From IMG/VR virus record IMGVR_UViG_3300044580_000572, positions 1 through 54,916 of that record: 54,916 bases of DNA; one strand, 5' to 3'. A program made the translations under genes and the position numbers. Shown here one piece after another: positions 35,118-45,005 of this stretch; within the stretch, counting starts at the first letter, position 1, and every line of letters begins with the position of its first letter. Source of the stretch: a virus. Taxonomy: Duplodnaviria; Caudoviricetes. Under the pieces are notes generated by a model, which had not been told where the DNA came from, made no database searches, and was given only the letters and a program-made list of their open reading frames with translations.

Positions 35118-37989
35118 CATCGGCAGCGAACGGGCCACCGTCCAGAATCCCCTCGTCGGATATGCGAGCGAGATCGGATGGGTTTACCTGACCCCAGATC
35201 AAGCACTCACCCTCCGCCGCGGCGAGAGCGGCGGATTATTCTACCAAACGCTTCGCGACAAACTGATCAGCCTGAATCCTGGTGTGGTGACGGTCAACAA
35301 TGTCGATGAGGTGATCGCAAGAATCGAGAGCGCTCGCAACAACATCGAGGGCAACGCGGAGGTTCTGGCCTGGCTCCGCGGTGAGCGTTCGATCTACGTC
35401 CAGTCGGAGAAGCGGCAGCGAAACGTCATGCTGATCGACTACTCACATCCGACTGAGAACGTCTTCCACGTGACTGACGAGTGGCAATACACCAACGGCA
35501 AGTACACCAACCGGGCGGATGTGATGTTCATCATCAACGGTGTCCCGGTGGCCATCGTGGAGACGAAGAGCGCCACGAAAAAGGATGGCATCGGCGACGG
35601 GATCACGCAGATCCGCCGCTACCATCGGGAGACGCCGGAGTTGATGACGTCGCCCCAGGTTTTCGACGTCACGCACATCCTCGACTTCTACTACGGCGTC
35701 ACTTGGAATCTGGATCGGAAGGGGCTTTTCAACTGGAAGGACGAGGAGAAGGGTAACTTCGAGAAGAAGGTCAAGCGGTTCTTCTCGCGGGAGCGCTTCC
35801 TGAAGTTCCTTGAGTCCTGGATCGTCTTCTACAAGAAGGACGACGAACTGCGGAAGATCGTCCTGCGCCAGCACCAGACGCGGGCGGTCGAGAAGGTCGT
35901 GGAGCGCGCACTTGATCCGGAGAAGAAGACCGGGCTGATCTGGCATACCCAGGGATCGGGCAAGACCTTCACGATGATCAAGGCGGCTGACCTCATCCTG
36001 CGGAATCCCGCTTTCGAGAAGCCGACCGTGATCATGCTGGTCGACCGGAACGAACTGGAGAGCCAGCTCTTCGCGAACATCGCGGCCTACGGCCTGGCGC
36101 CCGAGATCGCCCGCAGCAAACAACATCTGCGGGAACTGCTCCGTTCGGATTACCGGGGCCTGATCGTTTCCATGATCCACAAGTTCGACAAAGCCGACGC
36201 CGACATGTGCACGCGGGAGAACGTCTTCCTGCTGGTGGATGAAGCCCACCGCACGACCAGCGGCGACCTCGGCAACTACCTCGTGGCGGCCATCCCGAAT
36301 GCCACCATGCTGGGCTTCACCGGCACACCGATCGACAAGATTGCCTACGGCAAGGGCACGTTCAAAGTCTTCGGAAAAGACGATGACAAGGGCTACCTCG
36401 ACAAGTATTCGATCTCCGAATCAATCGAGGACGGCACCACGCTACCGCTGAACTACACGCTGGCGCCGAACGACATCCGCGTCCCGCATGAGCAACTCGA
36501 GAAGGAATTCCTAGACCTGGCGGAGGCGCAGGGCGTCAGTGATATCGAGGAGCTGAACAAGATCCTGGATCGCGCCGTGAACCTGCAGACGTTCCTGAAG
36601 GCAACCGATCGCGTCGACAAGGTGGCCAGGTTCGTCGCCCAGCATTTCCGCGAAAACGTCGAGCCGCTCGGCTACAAGGCTTTCCTCGTCGGCGTCGACC
36701 GGGAGGCCTGCGCGCTCTACAAGAAGGCGTTGGACAAGTACCTGCCGGCTGAGTATTCGGCGGTCGTGTACACGTCGGTCCACAACGATAGCGAACTGCT
36801 GGCGGAGTTCAAGATCGGCGAGGACGAGGAGAAGCGCATCCGGCGCGCGTTCATCAAACGCGGCACGCAGCCCAAGATTCTCATCGTGACCGAGAAGCTG
36901 CTGACCGGCTTCGACGCACCGATCCTCTACTGCATGTACCTGGACAAGCCCATGCGGGATCACACCTTGCTTCAGGCGATTGCCCGGGTGAACCGGCCTT
37001 ACGAGGACGAGGAAGGGGTTAAGAAGCCCGTCGGCTACGTCCTCGACTTCGTCGGCATCTTCGAGAGGCTGGAAAAGGCCCTGTCCTTCGATTCCGATGT
37101 GGTCGGTAACGCCATTCAGAACATCGACGTCCTGAAGCATCGGTTTGCGACGCTGATGGACGAGCAGGCACCGGTGTATCTGGAGCTGTGCTCGGGGCCA
37201 GTCGACGACAAGACCGTCGAAAAGGCGATTGAGACATTCGAGGACAAGGATCGCCGGGAGACCTTCTACAAGCTCTTCAAGGAACTGGAGATGCTCTACG
37301 AGATCATCTCGCCCGATGTGTTCCTGCGCCCGTACGTCGAGAACTATGGCAAGCTCGCCGTGCTGTATCAGATCGTGAAGAACTCCTTCGCCAAGAAGGT
37401 GATGATGATCAAGGATCTGATGAACAAGACGGAGGACCTCGTAAAGAAGACCGTTGCCAGTACGGGTCTGGACACCGTGATGAAGGTGGTCCGGATCGAC
37501 GAGAACACGGTCAATGCGCTCAAGACGACGAAGGGCGGTGAACCGCCGAAGGTGATCAACCTTGGCAAGAGTCTGCTCACGGCGATCAGCGAGGAGGCGA
37601 ACCAGCAGCCGTACCTGATCCCGATCGGCGAGCGGACGGAGGCGATCCTCGAGGGATACGACGATCGGCAAATCACGACACAGGCCGCACTGGAGCAGTT
37701 GGCGCGCCTGATGGAGGAGTACCTCCAGGCGAAGCGGGAGCGGGAGCGGACTGGCTTCGACATCAATACGTTCACCTTGTTCTGGATGCTGAAGCAGTCT
37801 GGCGCCTGCGATGCGGACAAGGTTGCGCCGAAGGTGGAAGCGGCCTTCCAGAAGTACCCGAACTACCGGGACAACGTCGCCGAGGAACGTCAGCTGAAGG
37901 CCGAGATGTACAAACTTGTGCTGCCGGTTGTCGGCAAAGAGGGGATGGTGGCGGTAGTGAAGCGCATGCTGGAGCTCCAGCGATCGTGA
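35110..37989 (+). CDS. hsdR: Type I R-M restriction subunit
   Basis: RAD...INGVPVAIVETK nuclease motif; WHTQGSGKT; DEAHR; FTGTP; LLTGFDAP; QAIARVNR. Confidence 0.97.
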   Translation: MPSIGSERATVQNPLVGYASEIGWVYLTPDQALTLRRGESGGLFYQTLRDKLISLNPGVVTVNNVDEVIARIESARNNIEGNAEVLAWLRGERSIYVQSEKRQRNVMLIDYSHPTENVFHVTDEWQYTNGKYTNRADVMFIINGVPVAIVETKSATKKDGIGDGITQIRRYHRETPELMTSPQVFDVTHILDFYYGVTWNLDRKGLFNWKDEEKGNFEKKVKRFFSRERFLKFLESWIVFYKKDDELRKIVLRQHQTRAVEKVVERALDPEKKTGLIWHTQGSGKTFTMIKAADLILRNPAFEKPTVIMLVDRNELESQLFANIAAYGLAPEIARSKQHLRELLRSDYRGLIVSMIHKFDKADADMCTRENVFLLVDEAHRTTSGDLGNYLVAAIPNATMLGFTGTPIDKIAYGKGTFKVFGKDDDKGYLDKYSISESIEDGTTLPLNYTLAPNDIRVPHEQLEKEFLDLAEAQGVSDIEELNKILDRAVNLQTFLKATDRVDKVARFVAQHFRENVEPLGYKAFLVGVDREACALYKKALDKYLPAEYSAVVYTSVHNDSELLAEFKIGEDEEKRIRRAFIKRGTQPKILIVTEKLLTGFDAPILYCMYLDKPMRDHTLLQAIARVNRPYEDEEGVKKPVGYVLDFVGIFERLEKALSFDSDVVGNAIQNIDVLKHRFATLMDEQAPVYLELCSGPVDDKTVEKAIETFEDKDRRETFYKLFKELEMLYEIISPDVFLRPYVENYGKLAVLYQIVKNSFAKKVMMIKDLMNKTEDLVKKTVASTGLDTVMKVVRIDENTVNALKTTKGGEPPKVINLGKSLLTAISEEANQQPYLIPIGERTEAILEGYDDRQITTQAALEQLARLMEEYLQAKRERERTGFDINTFTLFWMLKQSGACDADKVAPKVEAAFQKYPNYRDNVAEERQLKAEMYKLVLPVVGKEGMVAVVKRMLELQRS

Positions 37990-38321
37990 GCACCGACATG
38001 GACAATGCAAAGGAACGCATGCGGGACGAGATCCAGCACTGGGCCAAGAAGATCGGCGCCAAGCCGAAGCGGGTCCAAATCCAGCGGATGACCAAGAAGT
38101 GGGCCTCGTGCTCCACCACCGGGCGCATCTGCTTCAGTACGGAGTTGCTGGACGAACCGGCGGCGTTCCGCGAGGTGGTGATCGTACATGAGTTGCTGCA
38201 CTTGCACGTGCCCAACCACGGAAAGCTGTTCAAGAGCTTGATGAACGCGTATGTGCCCGGTTGGCAGCGGCGTGTGGGCGGACGTGCAAACCGGATGTGC
38301 GGACAGGAGCGGGCCTCTTGA
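37986..38321 (+). CDS. M48 / YgjP (DUF45)-like metallopeptidase
   Basis: KWASCS; VIVHELLH...NHG..F; usual position after hsdR. Confidence 0.85.
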   Translation: MSTDMDNAKERMRDEIQHWAKKIGAKPKRVQIQRMTKKWASCSTTGRICFSTELLDEPAAFREVVIVHELLHLHVPNHGKLFKSLMNAYVPGWQRRVGGRANRMCGQERAS

Positions 38322-38352
38322 TCTGAACTCGGATATTGATGCGGAGGAACGG

Positions 38353-39405
38353 ATGGGATTCGAAGTGGATTTTCTACCGGTCGGAGAAGGTGAAAAGAGC
38401 GGGGACGCAATCGCGGTCCGCTTTGGTGACTGGGGATTTAGCCAACAGACGGTTATCGTAATCGACGGTGGCACCCAGGATTCCGGCGTTGCTCTGGTGA
38501 AGCATCTAAGGCAACATTACAATACGACTCGTGTGGACTTCGCCATTCTGACGCATCCGGACGGCGACCACGCTTCTGGACTTCGAACCGTGCTTGAGGA
38601 GATGCAGGTCGGCAACCTGCTGATGCACCGACCCTGGCAACATGCGGCCGATATCCGCGAGATGTTTCAGAGCGGAAGACTGACCACGACGGGATTGAAA
38701 GACAAGCTCAAGGAGGGACTCGATCTAGCGTGGGAGCTTGAACAGATGGCGGTTCGGAAGAAGATCCCAATCACCGAACCTTTTGCAGGCGTGCAAACAG
38801 ACTCGGGCAGCCTTCTAGTCCTCGGCCCGACCGAGGAGTACTATCAGAGCCTTTTGCCCGAATTCCGGTGCACGCCGGAACCGAGGAGCGATTTGCGGTC
38901 TATAGTCGATGCCGCGGTAGCGGGCTTGAAAGAAGCTGGTCGCTTCGTGTTTGAGACTATCGGCTTTGAAACTCTGAATGATGCCGGAGAGACCCCAGCC
39001 GAAAACAACTCAAGCGCCATCGTATTGCTGACCATCGATGGCCACCGGCTTCTTTTCACTGGTGACGCCGGCATCCCATCCCTATCCCGAGCTGCCGATT
39101 TCGCAGATTCGTGTGGGATCGACCTGACCGCGCTGCGTTTCCTGCAGGTGCCTCACCACGGAAGCAAGCGCAACGTGGGGCCATGTGTCCTGGATCGCAT
39201 TAAGGCCGCCACTGCGTATGTTTCCGTCGCGCCAGACGGAGGCCTGAAGCATCCCTCCAAGAAAGTGACGAATGCGTTGATTCGTCGAGGTGCATCCGTG
39301 TATGCGACTCAAGGGAAGACGCTGTGCCATCATCTTGGCGTGCCGGCGCGTGCGGGTTGGGTGTCAGTGACTGCCATCCCTTTCTTCAACCAGGTTGAGG
39401 CGTAG
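38353..39405 (+). CDS. ComEC/Rec2-like metallo-beta-lactamase-fold hydrolase (putative nuclease)
   Basis: VG.GDAI; IDGG; THPDGDHASG; NNSS; LFTGDA; PHHGS; HP. Confidence 0.9.
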   Translation: MGFEVDFLPVGEGEKSGDAIAVRFGDWGFSQQTVIVIDGGTQDSGVALVKHLRQHYNTTRVDFAILTHPDGDHASGLRTVLEEMQVGNLLMHRPWQHAADIREMFQSGRLTTTGLKDKLKEGLDLAWELEQMAVRKKIPITEPFAGVQTDSGSLLVLGPTEEYYQSLLPEFRCTPEPRSDLRSIVDAAVAGLKEAGRFVFETIGFETLNDAGETPAENNSSAIVLLTIDGHRLLFTGDAGIPSLSRAADFADSCGIDLTALRFLQVPHHGSKRNVGPCVLDRIKAATAYVSVAPDGGLKHPSKKVTNALIRRGASVYATQGKTLCHHLGVPARAGWVSVTAIPFFNQVEA

Positions 39406-39411
39406 ACAGCG

Positions 39412-40164
39412 ATGAATGTGGAACTCGACAGCTATGTCCTTCGCGCGAGGTTGTGGCCCGCCCTCATCGCCTCGTCCCCGGTGGTGTTTGCGCTGATCGC
39501 TGTGGTTTCTCTCGATTGGAAGGAATGGCAGGTTATCGGAGGCTGCGTTGTCTTTCTGGGGTTACTCGGGATTCTCGAACACCTGGGTCGCGAGCGTGGA
39601 TTTCAGTTGCAACCCACTCTCTTTGACCTCTGGGGCGGGGCGCCAACGACTAGGTACTTACGTCACCGCGATTCCACCCTGAATTCGGTGACAAAGAATC
39701 GCTACCGCAATGCGTTGGCCGCCCTCGTGCCTGTGGCTGACATGCCGACCGCCGAGTCTGAGTCTCAGGATCCACAAGCGGCCGACAGATTGTATGAGTC
39801 ATGCGGGCAGTATCTCCGCGCTAGAACGAGGAAGAAGGACGACCACCCGTTGGTTTTTGCCAAGAATGTCGAGTACGGGTTCCGTCGTAATTGCCTGGGT
39901 GTTCGCACGCCGGCAATCTGGCTTGGGTCGGCCAGCTTGTTGGCAGTGACAATCCGACCGATCATTGCGTCGCCAATGGCGAGGTCCGCGCTCCCGATCG
40001 CGCTGGTCTCCGGCTTTGCGGTTTGCCTTCTGTTGATCTGGTGGACGAAAACGGTGACTGCCGAATGGGTTAGATCATCAGCTGATGCATATGCAGAGGC
40101 ACTGCTCGGAACCTGCGACCAGCTTGAGAAACCAAGCAGCAGAGACCAGGCGAACGCCAGGTGA
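39412..40164 (+). CDS. Four-TM membrane protein of unknown function
   Basis: Two N-terminal and two C-terminal hydrophobic helices around a soluble domain (GGAPTT..LR; N.EYGFRRN). Confidence 0.8.
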   Translation: MNVELDSYVLRARLWPALIASSPVVFALIAVVSLDWKEWQVIGGCVVFLGLLGILEHLGRERGFQLQPTLFDLWGGAPTTRYLRHRDSTLNSVTKNRYRNALAALVPVADMPTAESESQDPQAADRLYESCGQYLRARTRKKDDHPLVFAKNVEYGFRRNCLGVRTPAIWLGSASLLAVTIRPIIASPMARSALPIALVSGFAVCLLLIWWTKTVTAEWVRSSADAYAEALLGTCDQLEKPSSRDQANAR

Positions 40165-40203
40165 AGGTGTCCCTCTCCATGTCCCAGACGACCAACTCCA
40201 CGA

Positions 40204-40962
40204 TCATCCGACTGCAGTGGCCAGGATCGGAAGCGGATCTTCGACTCTTGCGGGCGCCCCGCCGGGCATCTCGTCCCAGGTTCGGCCATCGAGCAATCGG
40301 CCCGTCCGACTCTTCACGGGGCCGCCCCACTGTTTGAAGAAGAACGGCACATTTGCGTTCAGGCATCGATCGCGGATCTGCCCCACCCAATCGGGACGCA
40401 TGGGTCGGGCGCCGGGCCCCGATTCGCCACCGACAATGACCCAGTCGACCCCGCGCAGATTCAGCTTGGGCAGCGGGCCGAGAAGCGGCTCCAGGGACAG
40501 AAACTTAGTATGAGCCCCCGTATGGCGGAGGTCGTCGATTCGGTAGAGGTAGTCCTCATTCTCCACGCTTACACCCATCCATATCTGAGGTTCCCACGGC
40601 AACTTTGAAGCCAGTTCGCGCAGTCGCTCGGATCGTTTGGTGAGGATCTGGTACTGATGCCAGTGGGCGCGCCGCATGACATCGAACACCTGCTTGATGT
40701 AGGTGGCCGGCACGTCCTCGTGGAAGAGATCGCTCATGGAGTTCACGAACACCTGCGAGGGCTGCCGCCACTTCAGCGGGAGTTCGAGCATGTGCGGCTG
40801 CAGGGTCAGTTCAAACCCGTTGGCGTAGTTCCTCTGCCCCATCGCTTGGAGTCGTTTCGCCATCCGCTCGGCGTAGCAGTGCTTGCAGCCAGGGCTGATC
40901 TTTGTGCAGCCTGTGACCGGATTCCAAGTCGCGTCCGTCCACTCAATGCTTGACTTTGCCAC
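40204..40962 (-). CDS. DUF5131 (phage Gp37/Gp68) three-Cys radical-SAM-like protein
   Basis: [26 protein letters not shown]; NSMSDLFH; LTKR; EPLLG; GGESG; FFFKQWG. Confidence 0.95.
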   Translation of the reverse strand: MAKSSIEWTDATWNPVTGCTKISPGCKHCYAERMAKRLQAMGQRNYANGFELTLQPHMLELPLKWRQPSQVFVNSMSDLFHEDVPATYIKQVFDVMRRAHWHQYQILTKRSERLRELASKLPWEPQIWMGVSVENEDYLYRIDDLRHTGAHTKFLSLEPLLGPLPKLNLRGVDWVIVGGESGPGARPMRPDWVGQIRDRCLNANVPFFFKQWGGPVKSRTGRLLDGRTWDEMPGGAPARVEDPLPILATAVG

Positions 40963-42079
40963 TGTCGCCTCCTGTGCGCGGAAAGGTCACCATCACGTTG
41001 TCCCCGAAAGTGTCCTTGGGGCGCTTAGACGGTTCACAGCGGATCAGTCCTTTGGCCTCCATCTGCTTCAGCACATCTTTGTAGTTCTTCTTGATGAAAC
41101 GGCGGCCGATGTGGTGCCGCTCGTAGGTTTCCTTCATTGCAAGGGTCCGCCCGGCGAACTCCGTGAGCAACATCTCCTCGAGGTCGTCCAACGGGCGGTT
41201 CAACTCGAACAGCAGCGGAAAACGTCTGTCGGCGGGGCTGTATTGGAAACTCGGGACACCCTGCTCGTGCAAAGAACTTTCGGCCGCCATGATCTCCTTC
41301 ATGATGCCGTAGCCGAGCGGGTGCTTGCTGACAAATATGAGGTGGTGGCTGGTGCGCGTCCCCGCATCGTTCTTGAAGCTGAATGGCAAGACGTACCGTC
41401 CTTGTTCTGCTCCGAGCGCCCCGCACAATTCTTCGACGATGTAACTCTCGCGGTCCTCCGGCGACAGACCTTCAAGCTTGTCGCGCAGTGTCTGCGCCCG
41501 TTCATCGCCGAACAGCGCGGCCATGTGTTCCTGGACCATGGGGTTGCTCAGCCCCATGTTGATCCGGTTGTAGTTGAAGAAGAAAATGCAGTCGCAGCCC
41601 CAGTCCTTAAGGACCGAATTGACGAGCTGCAAAGAGAGCCCCTTGTAGCCCCAGGGATCAACAAAGAACAGCGTGGGGACGAGGCGAATCGAGGAAAACA
41701 GCTTTACCATCTCCGAACCGACTTCGTTGTTCCAAACAATCGGGCGATGCTTCAGTTTGTCGACTCCACTGAGTTGGTCGATTGCCGACTGAAGGTCCTG
41801 GGCGTTGCTGTCATCCCTGTCGTTGAAAACAGTAACCAGCATCTGGCTCATCGTCTCGTCTTGGATCGCCTTCTCCAGGATGAGCAGCGGCGTGGATTTC
41901 GTGCCGTCCTTGAAGCGACCGGGACCCGCGAACAAGTCGAGGTACGCGATCTTCTTCTCCGGGTTCTTCTGAGCCCGAGGCATGATGATTTTGGCCCAGC
42001 TCCAGAAGTACTTGGAGACGATAGCGGTCTTTACCGCGGACTGTTCCTTTGACTCTTCGAAAAAGCTGTCCGTGCTCAC
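40943..42079 (-). CDS. tcmP: Three-Cys-motif partner protein (SAM-dependent methyltransferase fold plus wHTH)
   Basis: YLDLFAGPG; FFVDPWG; C-terminal wHTH; coupled to DUF5131; AAGGAG RBS. Confidence 0.88.
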   Translation of the reverse strand: MSTDSFFEESKEQSAVKTAIVSKYFWSWAKIIMPRAQKNPEKKIAYLDLFAGPGRFKDGTKSTPLLILEKAIQDETMSQMLVTVFNDRDDSNAQDLQSAIDQLSGVDKLKHRPIVWNNEVGSEMVKLFSSIRLVPTLFFVDPWGYKGLSLQLVNSVLKDWGCDCIFFFNYNRINMGLSNPMVQEHMAALFGDERAQTLRDKLEGLSPEDRESYIVEELCGALGAEQGRYVLPFSFKNDAGTRTSHHLIFVSKHPLGYGIMKEIMAAESSLHEQGVPSFQYSPADRRFPLLFELNRPLDDLEEMLLTEFAGRTLAMKETYERHHIGRRFIKKNYKDVLKQMEAKGLIRCEPSKRPKDTFGDNVMVTFPRTGGDSGKVKH

Positions 42080-42288
42080 GCGGGGCTCCTTGTCATATCG
42101 GCGCTTGGCGGATCATTGCCTTCCCGATGCGGCGCACCCAGGCTCTTCATTGTATTAACACTCCACGAACAACGTGTTTCCCTGCAATGCCCGTCCCGAC
42201 AGGTTCGCTGGCATGGCAGTGATTTGGCCGGCACTGGCCGACCACGTGAATCTCAGCCAAGCGTCCTCGCCGCGTTGCACCCTAGTCT

Positions 42289-42317
42289 ATTCTATGGCGA
42301 ATAAAGAGCGAAAACAA
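42289..42317 (-). promoter_or_regulatory. Leftward promoter TTGTTT-17-TAGAAT overlapped by a TTCGC-N6-TTCGC box
   Basis: Minus strand TTGTTTTCGCTCTTTATTCGCCATAGAAT. Confidence 0.6.
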
Positions 42318-42463
42318 ACGCCAAATTGCCCTATCGTGTTTCGCTCTGCGGGCAGACGCAGTGACGGCATGAGCCTCTCCGATGGAACAGGACCGGAGCG
42401 CCGACAAGCAGGTGCGCCACGCTTGAGCATAGTGCTTGTTTTCAAATTGTTAGAGGTAGACGA

Positions 42464-42482
42464 GTTTCCACAGTTTTCCACA
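42464..42482 (+). repeat. Two tandem DnaA-box-like 9-mers
   Basis: GTTTCCACA (one mismatch) and TTTTCCACA (fits TTWTNCACA). Confidence 0.45.
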
Positions 42483-42543
42483 GGGCCAATCGCCGCAAGC
42501 GAAATATTTCGAGCCCGCTGAACAGGTTGGATGGTGGATATGT

Positions 42544-42570
42544 CTTCGCTTCTTGTTCGCCTGTTATAAT
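42544..42570 (+). promoter_or_regulatory. Rightward extended -10 promoter (TGtTATAAT) preceded by a TTCGC-N6-TTCGC box
   Basis: CTTCGCTTCTTGTTCGCCTGTTATAAT. Confidence 0.65.
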
Positions 42571-42666
42571 CGATTGCCAGATGTGCTCCAGGGGGCCCGA
42601 CTGACGTTGTTTTGAGGGTGTTCAACCTGCCGCTGCCGTCTAGCTAACTGATTGAGGTATACGAAG

Positions 42667-43848
42667 ATGGCGCTGAGATTCAAGAGCTTCTCTCAGCCGG
42701 ATCTGCTGAAACGAATCCGGCCTGAGAACCTGATGCGGCTCCTGGAGCCGCACCGTCTGTTTTTCGAAATGAAAGGGTTCCCCCTGCCAGCCGCGGGTGA
42801 TGACGAGATCGACTACCTCTCGCTTGGTGGGATCCTTGCGCAGCCGGATGAGGACATGAGCTCCGATCTGGTCGAGGCACTGCACCTGATTGAAAACTTC
42901 AGCGGAGACGCGCACTTCGACGAGGTTCTCGATCTGGCCCACCAGAACGGCCTGCTTGTCGAGCCGGACGAGACCGTTCCGGATCTGGCCACCCAGCTCT
43001 ACCTGCACGACCCCCAGGTCCTCGAGCGGAAGGAGCTTGAGCATCTCTTCGAGAAGAGGAAGAACTTCGAGAGCTACCGGGCGTTAAACCCTGACGAAGT
43101 ACTGGCCATTGAGGATCTGCCCGCTGACCTGGTTCCGCTTGAGCAGGCCCTCGACGAGTACTTTCAGTCGAAGAAGCGCGGCTCGGGGTGCCGGGTCATC
43201 CGCAAGGATTCCGATGGGGAGGTGCGCTTCCTGGTGCAGCATGGCCAGGTCTGCAAGCGCGAACCGAGCCGGAAGGGCACGCAGTCAACTTGCACGTTTT
43301 TCCGGCCGGAGAAGACCGATGTCGTGGTCTACGATGTCCTGCACAATGAGGTGCGGATAAATGCGGCGAACTTGCCGGATTTCCGTGAGTACCGAGCGCT
43401 GTTTGGCAGACACCTCTTCGGCGACGACGACAAGTTCGTGTTCGCCGAGAAGTACACGCTGGAGCCGCTGAAAAGGGACGGTGTGGCCGCCTTGAGCTGC
43501 CGAGACGTGGCAGGCATCGAGTCTGTCCGCCTGCGGGAGATCGAGTACGGTTGGGATGGCGCGTTCGACCACGTTGAGACGCATCGGGCAGATGATCTGT
43601 TCAAGGCGCTGGCTCTGTTGAGCAGGAAGGTCGAGGGGGAGGCTCACATCCGCAGGGCGGTCTTCAAGGTCAAGCTCGAAGGAGAGAAGAAGGCGCGGAC
43701 TGTGACGATCAAGGCCGGCAACAAGTCCGGCTATAACCGCGGCGAGGAGGCGATGCTGATCGAAGATTGGCTACGCGCTCGAGGGTTCGTGGCTTTGCAC
43801 CCGGAAGTGGACCATGAGAACGTTGACGCGGCTCTGGCGAGCGATTGA
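42667..43848 (+). CDS. Hypothetical protein, 393 aa
   Basis: GAGGT RBS; long coding-like ORF; no recognised catalytic motif. Confidence 0.8.
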   Translation: MALRFKSFSQPDLLKRIRPENLMRLLEPHRLFFEMKGFPLPAAGDDEIDYLSLGGILAQPDEDMSSDLVEALHLIENFSGDAHFDEVLDLAHQNGLLVEPDETVPDLATQLYLHDPQVLERKELEHLFEKRKNFESYRALNPDEVLAIEDLPADLVPLEQALDEYFQSKKRGSGCRVIRKDSDGEVRFLVQHGQVCKREPSRKGTQSTCTFFRPEKTDVVVYDVLHNEVRINAANLPDFREYRALFGRHLFGDDDKFVFAEKYTLEPLKRDGVAALSCRDVAGIESVRLREIEYGWDGAFDHVETHRADDLFKALALLSRKVEGEAHIRRAVFKVKLEGEKKARTVTIKAGNKSGYNRGEEAMLIEDWLRARGFVALHPEVDHENVDAALASD

Positions 43849-44686
43849 GCGAGTTCCGGGGCTCCTCGCCGTTCCTGCTTTCTGGCAGAAAGAAGGCGGC
43901 AAGGAATTCGGTCTACTCCAACCCCACCTGCGACCCACGGATGAACTGGGCTCGAACTACCCGTGCCCATATCCGAGTGGTGGTGATTGCCCGCGCAAGA
44001 TCATCGACCACGGCGACGGCGAGTATGTCGCCATCTGCCGAGATCCACACAAGCTTTGCCCGGATGTGCCTCTGACCGGGAAGGAGGCCCTCCTCCATGA
44101 GCTGGATCTCTCCGATTTCCTGCAGGCGATCCTTCAGGCTGCCTCGATTCGAGCCAGGACTCCTCAGGCGCGTGGCCACGGCGTTTGGGGTGTTGGCCTG
44201 TCCAACCGAAGAAGCTCCCTCAATCAGCCGGTGTTCCTCATCATCGTCCACACAGCCGCGGCCTTCGAGTCTGCCGTGAACAGCCTGCTAGCGGACGTCC
44301 CCGGGCAGTTCCTCATCCTGGCCCCGACGAACCGGCACCGAAGCGTCCAGGTTCAGGAGAGGCTCCAGGCTCGCAACGTGGGCTACCTGTGTCTTGAGGA
44401 ACAGGTCTTCGTTGATGAGCACGGGCGGTTTACTACCACAGACCCCGTCGAATCCGCCGACACTGTGGCCGCGACTCCGATCGCGGACCGGAAGCGCGTC
44501 GTTAAGGAATTCACGAGGAAGCATCGCTGCAAGGTAGTGGATATCCAGAAGGCGGCTGGAGTTTACGAGACCGATTACTACGATTGGCTGAAAGGTGCGG
44601 ATCCCGATCACTACGCCCATTGCGTTCGGATCGAGCAGATCCTTCGCCAGGGACTGCCCAAACCCACCCCACAGAAGTTTTCTTAG
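43814..44686 (+). CDS. Hypothetical protein with N-terminal four-Cys motif and C-terminal HTH-like segment
   Basis: YPCP...DCPR...AICRD...LCP; VDIQKAAGVYETDYYDWLKG. Confidence 0.75.
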   Translation: MRTLTRLWRAIERVPGLLAVPAFWQKEGGKEFGLLQPHLRPTDELGSNYPCPYPSGGDCPRKIIDHGDGEYVAICRDPHKLCPDVPLTGKEALLHELDLSDFLQAILQAASIRARTPQARGHGVWGVGLSNRRSSLNQPVFLIIVHTAAAFESAVNSLLADVPGQFLILAPTNRHRSVQVQERLQARNVGYLCLEEQVFVDEHGRFTTTDPVESADTVAATPIADRKRVVKEFTRKHRCKVVDIQKAAGVYETDYYDWLKGADPDHYAHCVRIEQILRQGLPKPTPQKFS

Positions 44687-44720
44687 TTTCTTCTCAGTTT
44701 TCCAGGCTGGCTTTTCTTAG
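44676..44720 (+). repeat. Short direct repeats AGTTT(T)C upstream of the early operon
   Basis: Copies at 44676, 44685 and 44696; TTTTCTTAG at 44678 and 44712. Confidence 0.5.
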
Positions 44721-44780
44721 TATCCGAGGCCTCATTATCGCCTTGTACCAAGCGGGTTGAAACCGCGAGGGACAGGCAAA

Positions 44781-45005
44781 ATGAGCGAGCAACCCCTGGA
44801 AACACTGCTGGACGAGAAGGAGCTTTCGCGGCTGTTCCGAGTCTCCATCGGGACGCTGCGATTCTGGCGGGCGATCGGTCGCGGGCCCCGTTACCGCAAA
44901 GTCGGCCAACTCGTCCGGTACGCGCCATCCGACGTTCAGGCTTGGCTGGACTCCCGGCCCATCGGTGGAGAGCAGGCCGGAGAAGAAGGGGGCGCCCATG
45001 TCTGA
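44781..45005 (+). CDS. Excisionase/AlpA-like HTH_17 DNA-binding protein
   Basis: LLDEKELSRLFRVSIGTLRFWR..GRGP.YRKVG..VRY...DV.AWL. Confidence 0.88.
   Translation: MSEQPLETLLDEKELSRLFRVSIGTLRFWRAIGRGPRYRKVGQLVRYAPSDVQAWLDSRPIGGEQAGEEGGAHV

Noticed and set aside
6499-38010. Long antisense ORFs (e.g. 6499-7599, 9679-10839, 17476-18990, 22663-24084, 36511-38010)
   Set aside because: Codon-phase shadows of genuine genes in high-GC DNA, with no motifs
38353-39405. Antibiotic beta-lactamase or competence channel ComEC
   Set aside because: No signal peptide or competence membrane domain; motifs and context fit a cytoplasmic MBL-fold nuclease/hydrolase
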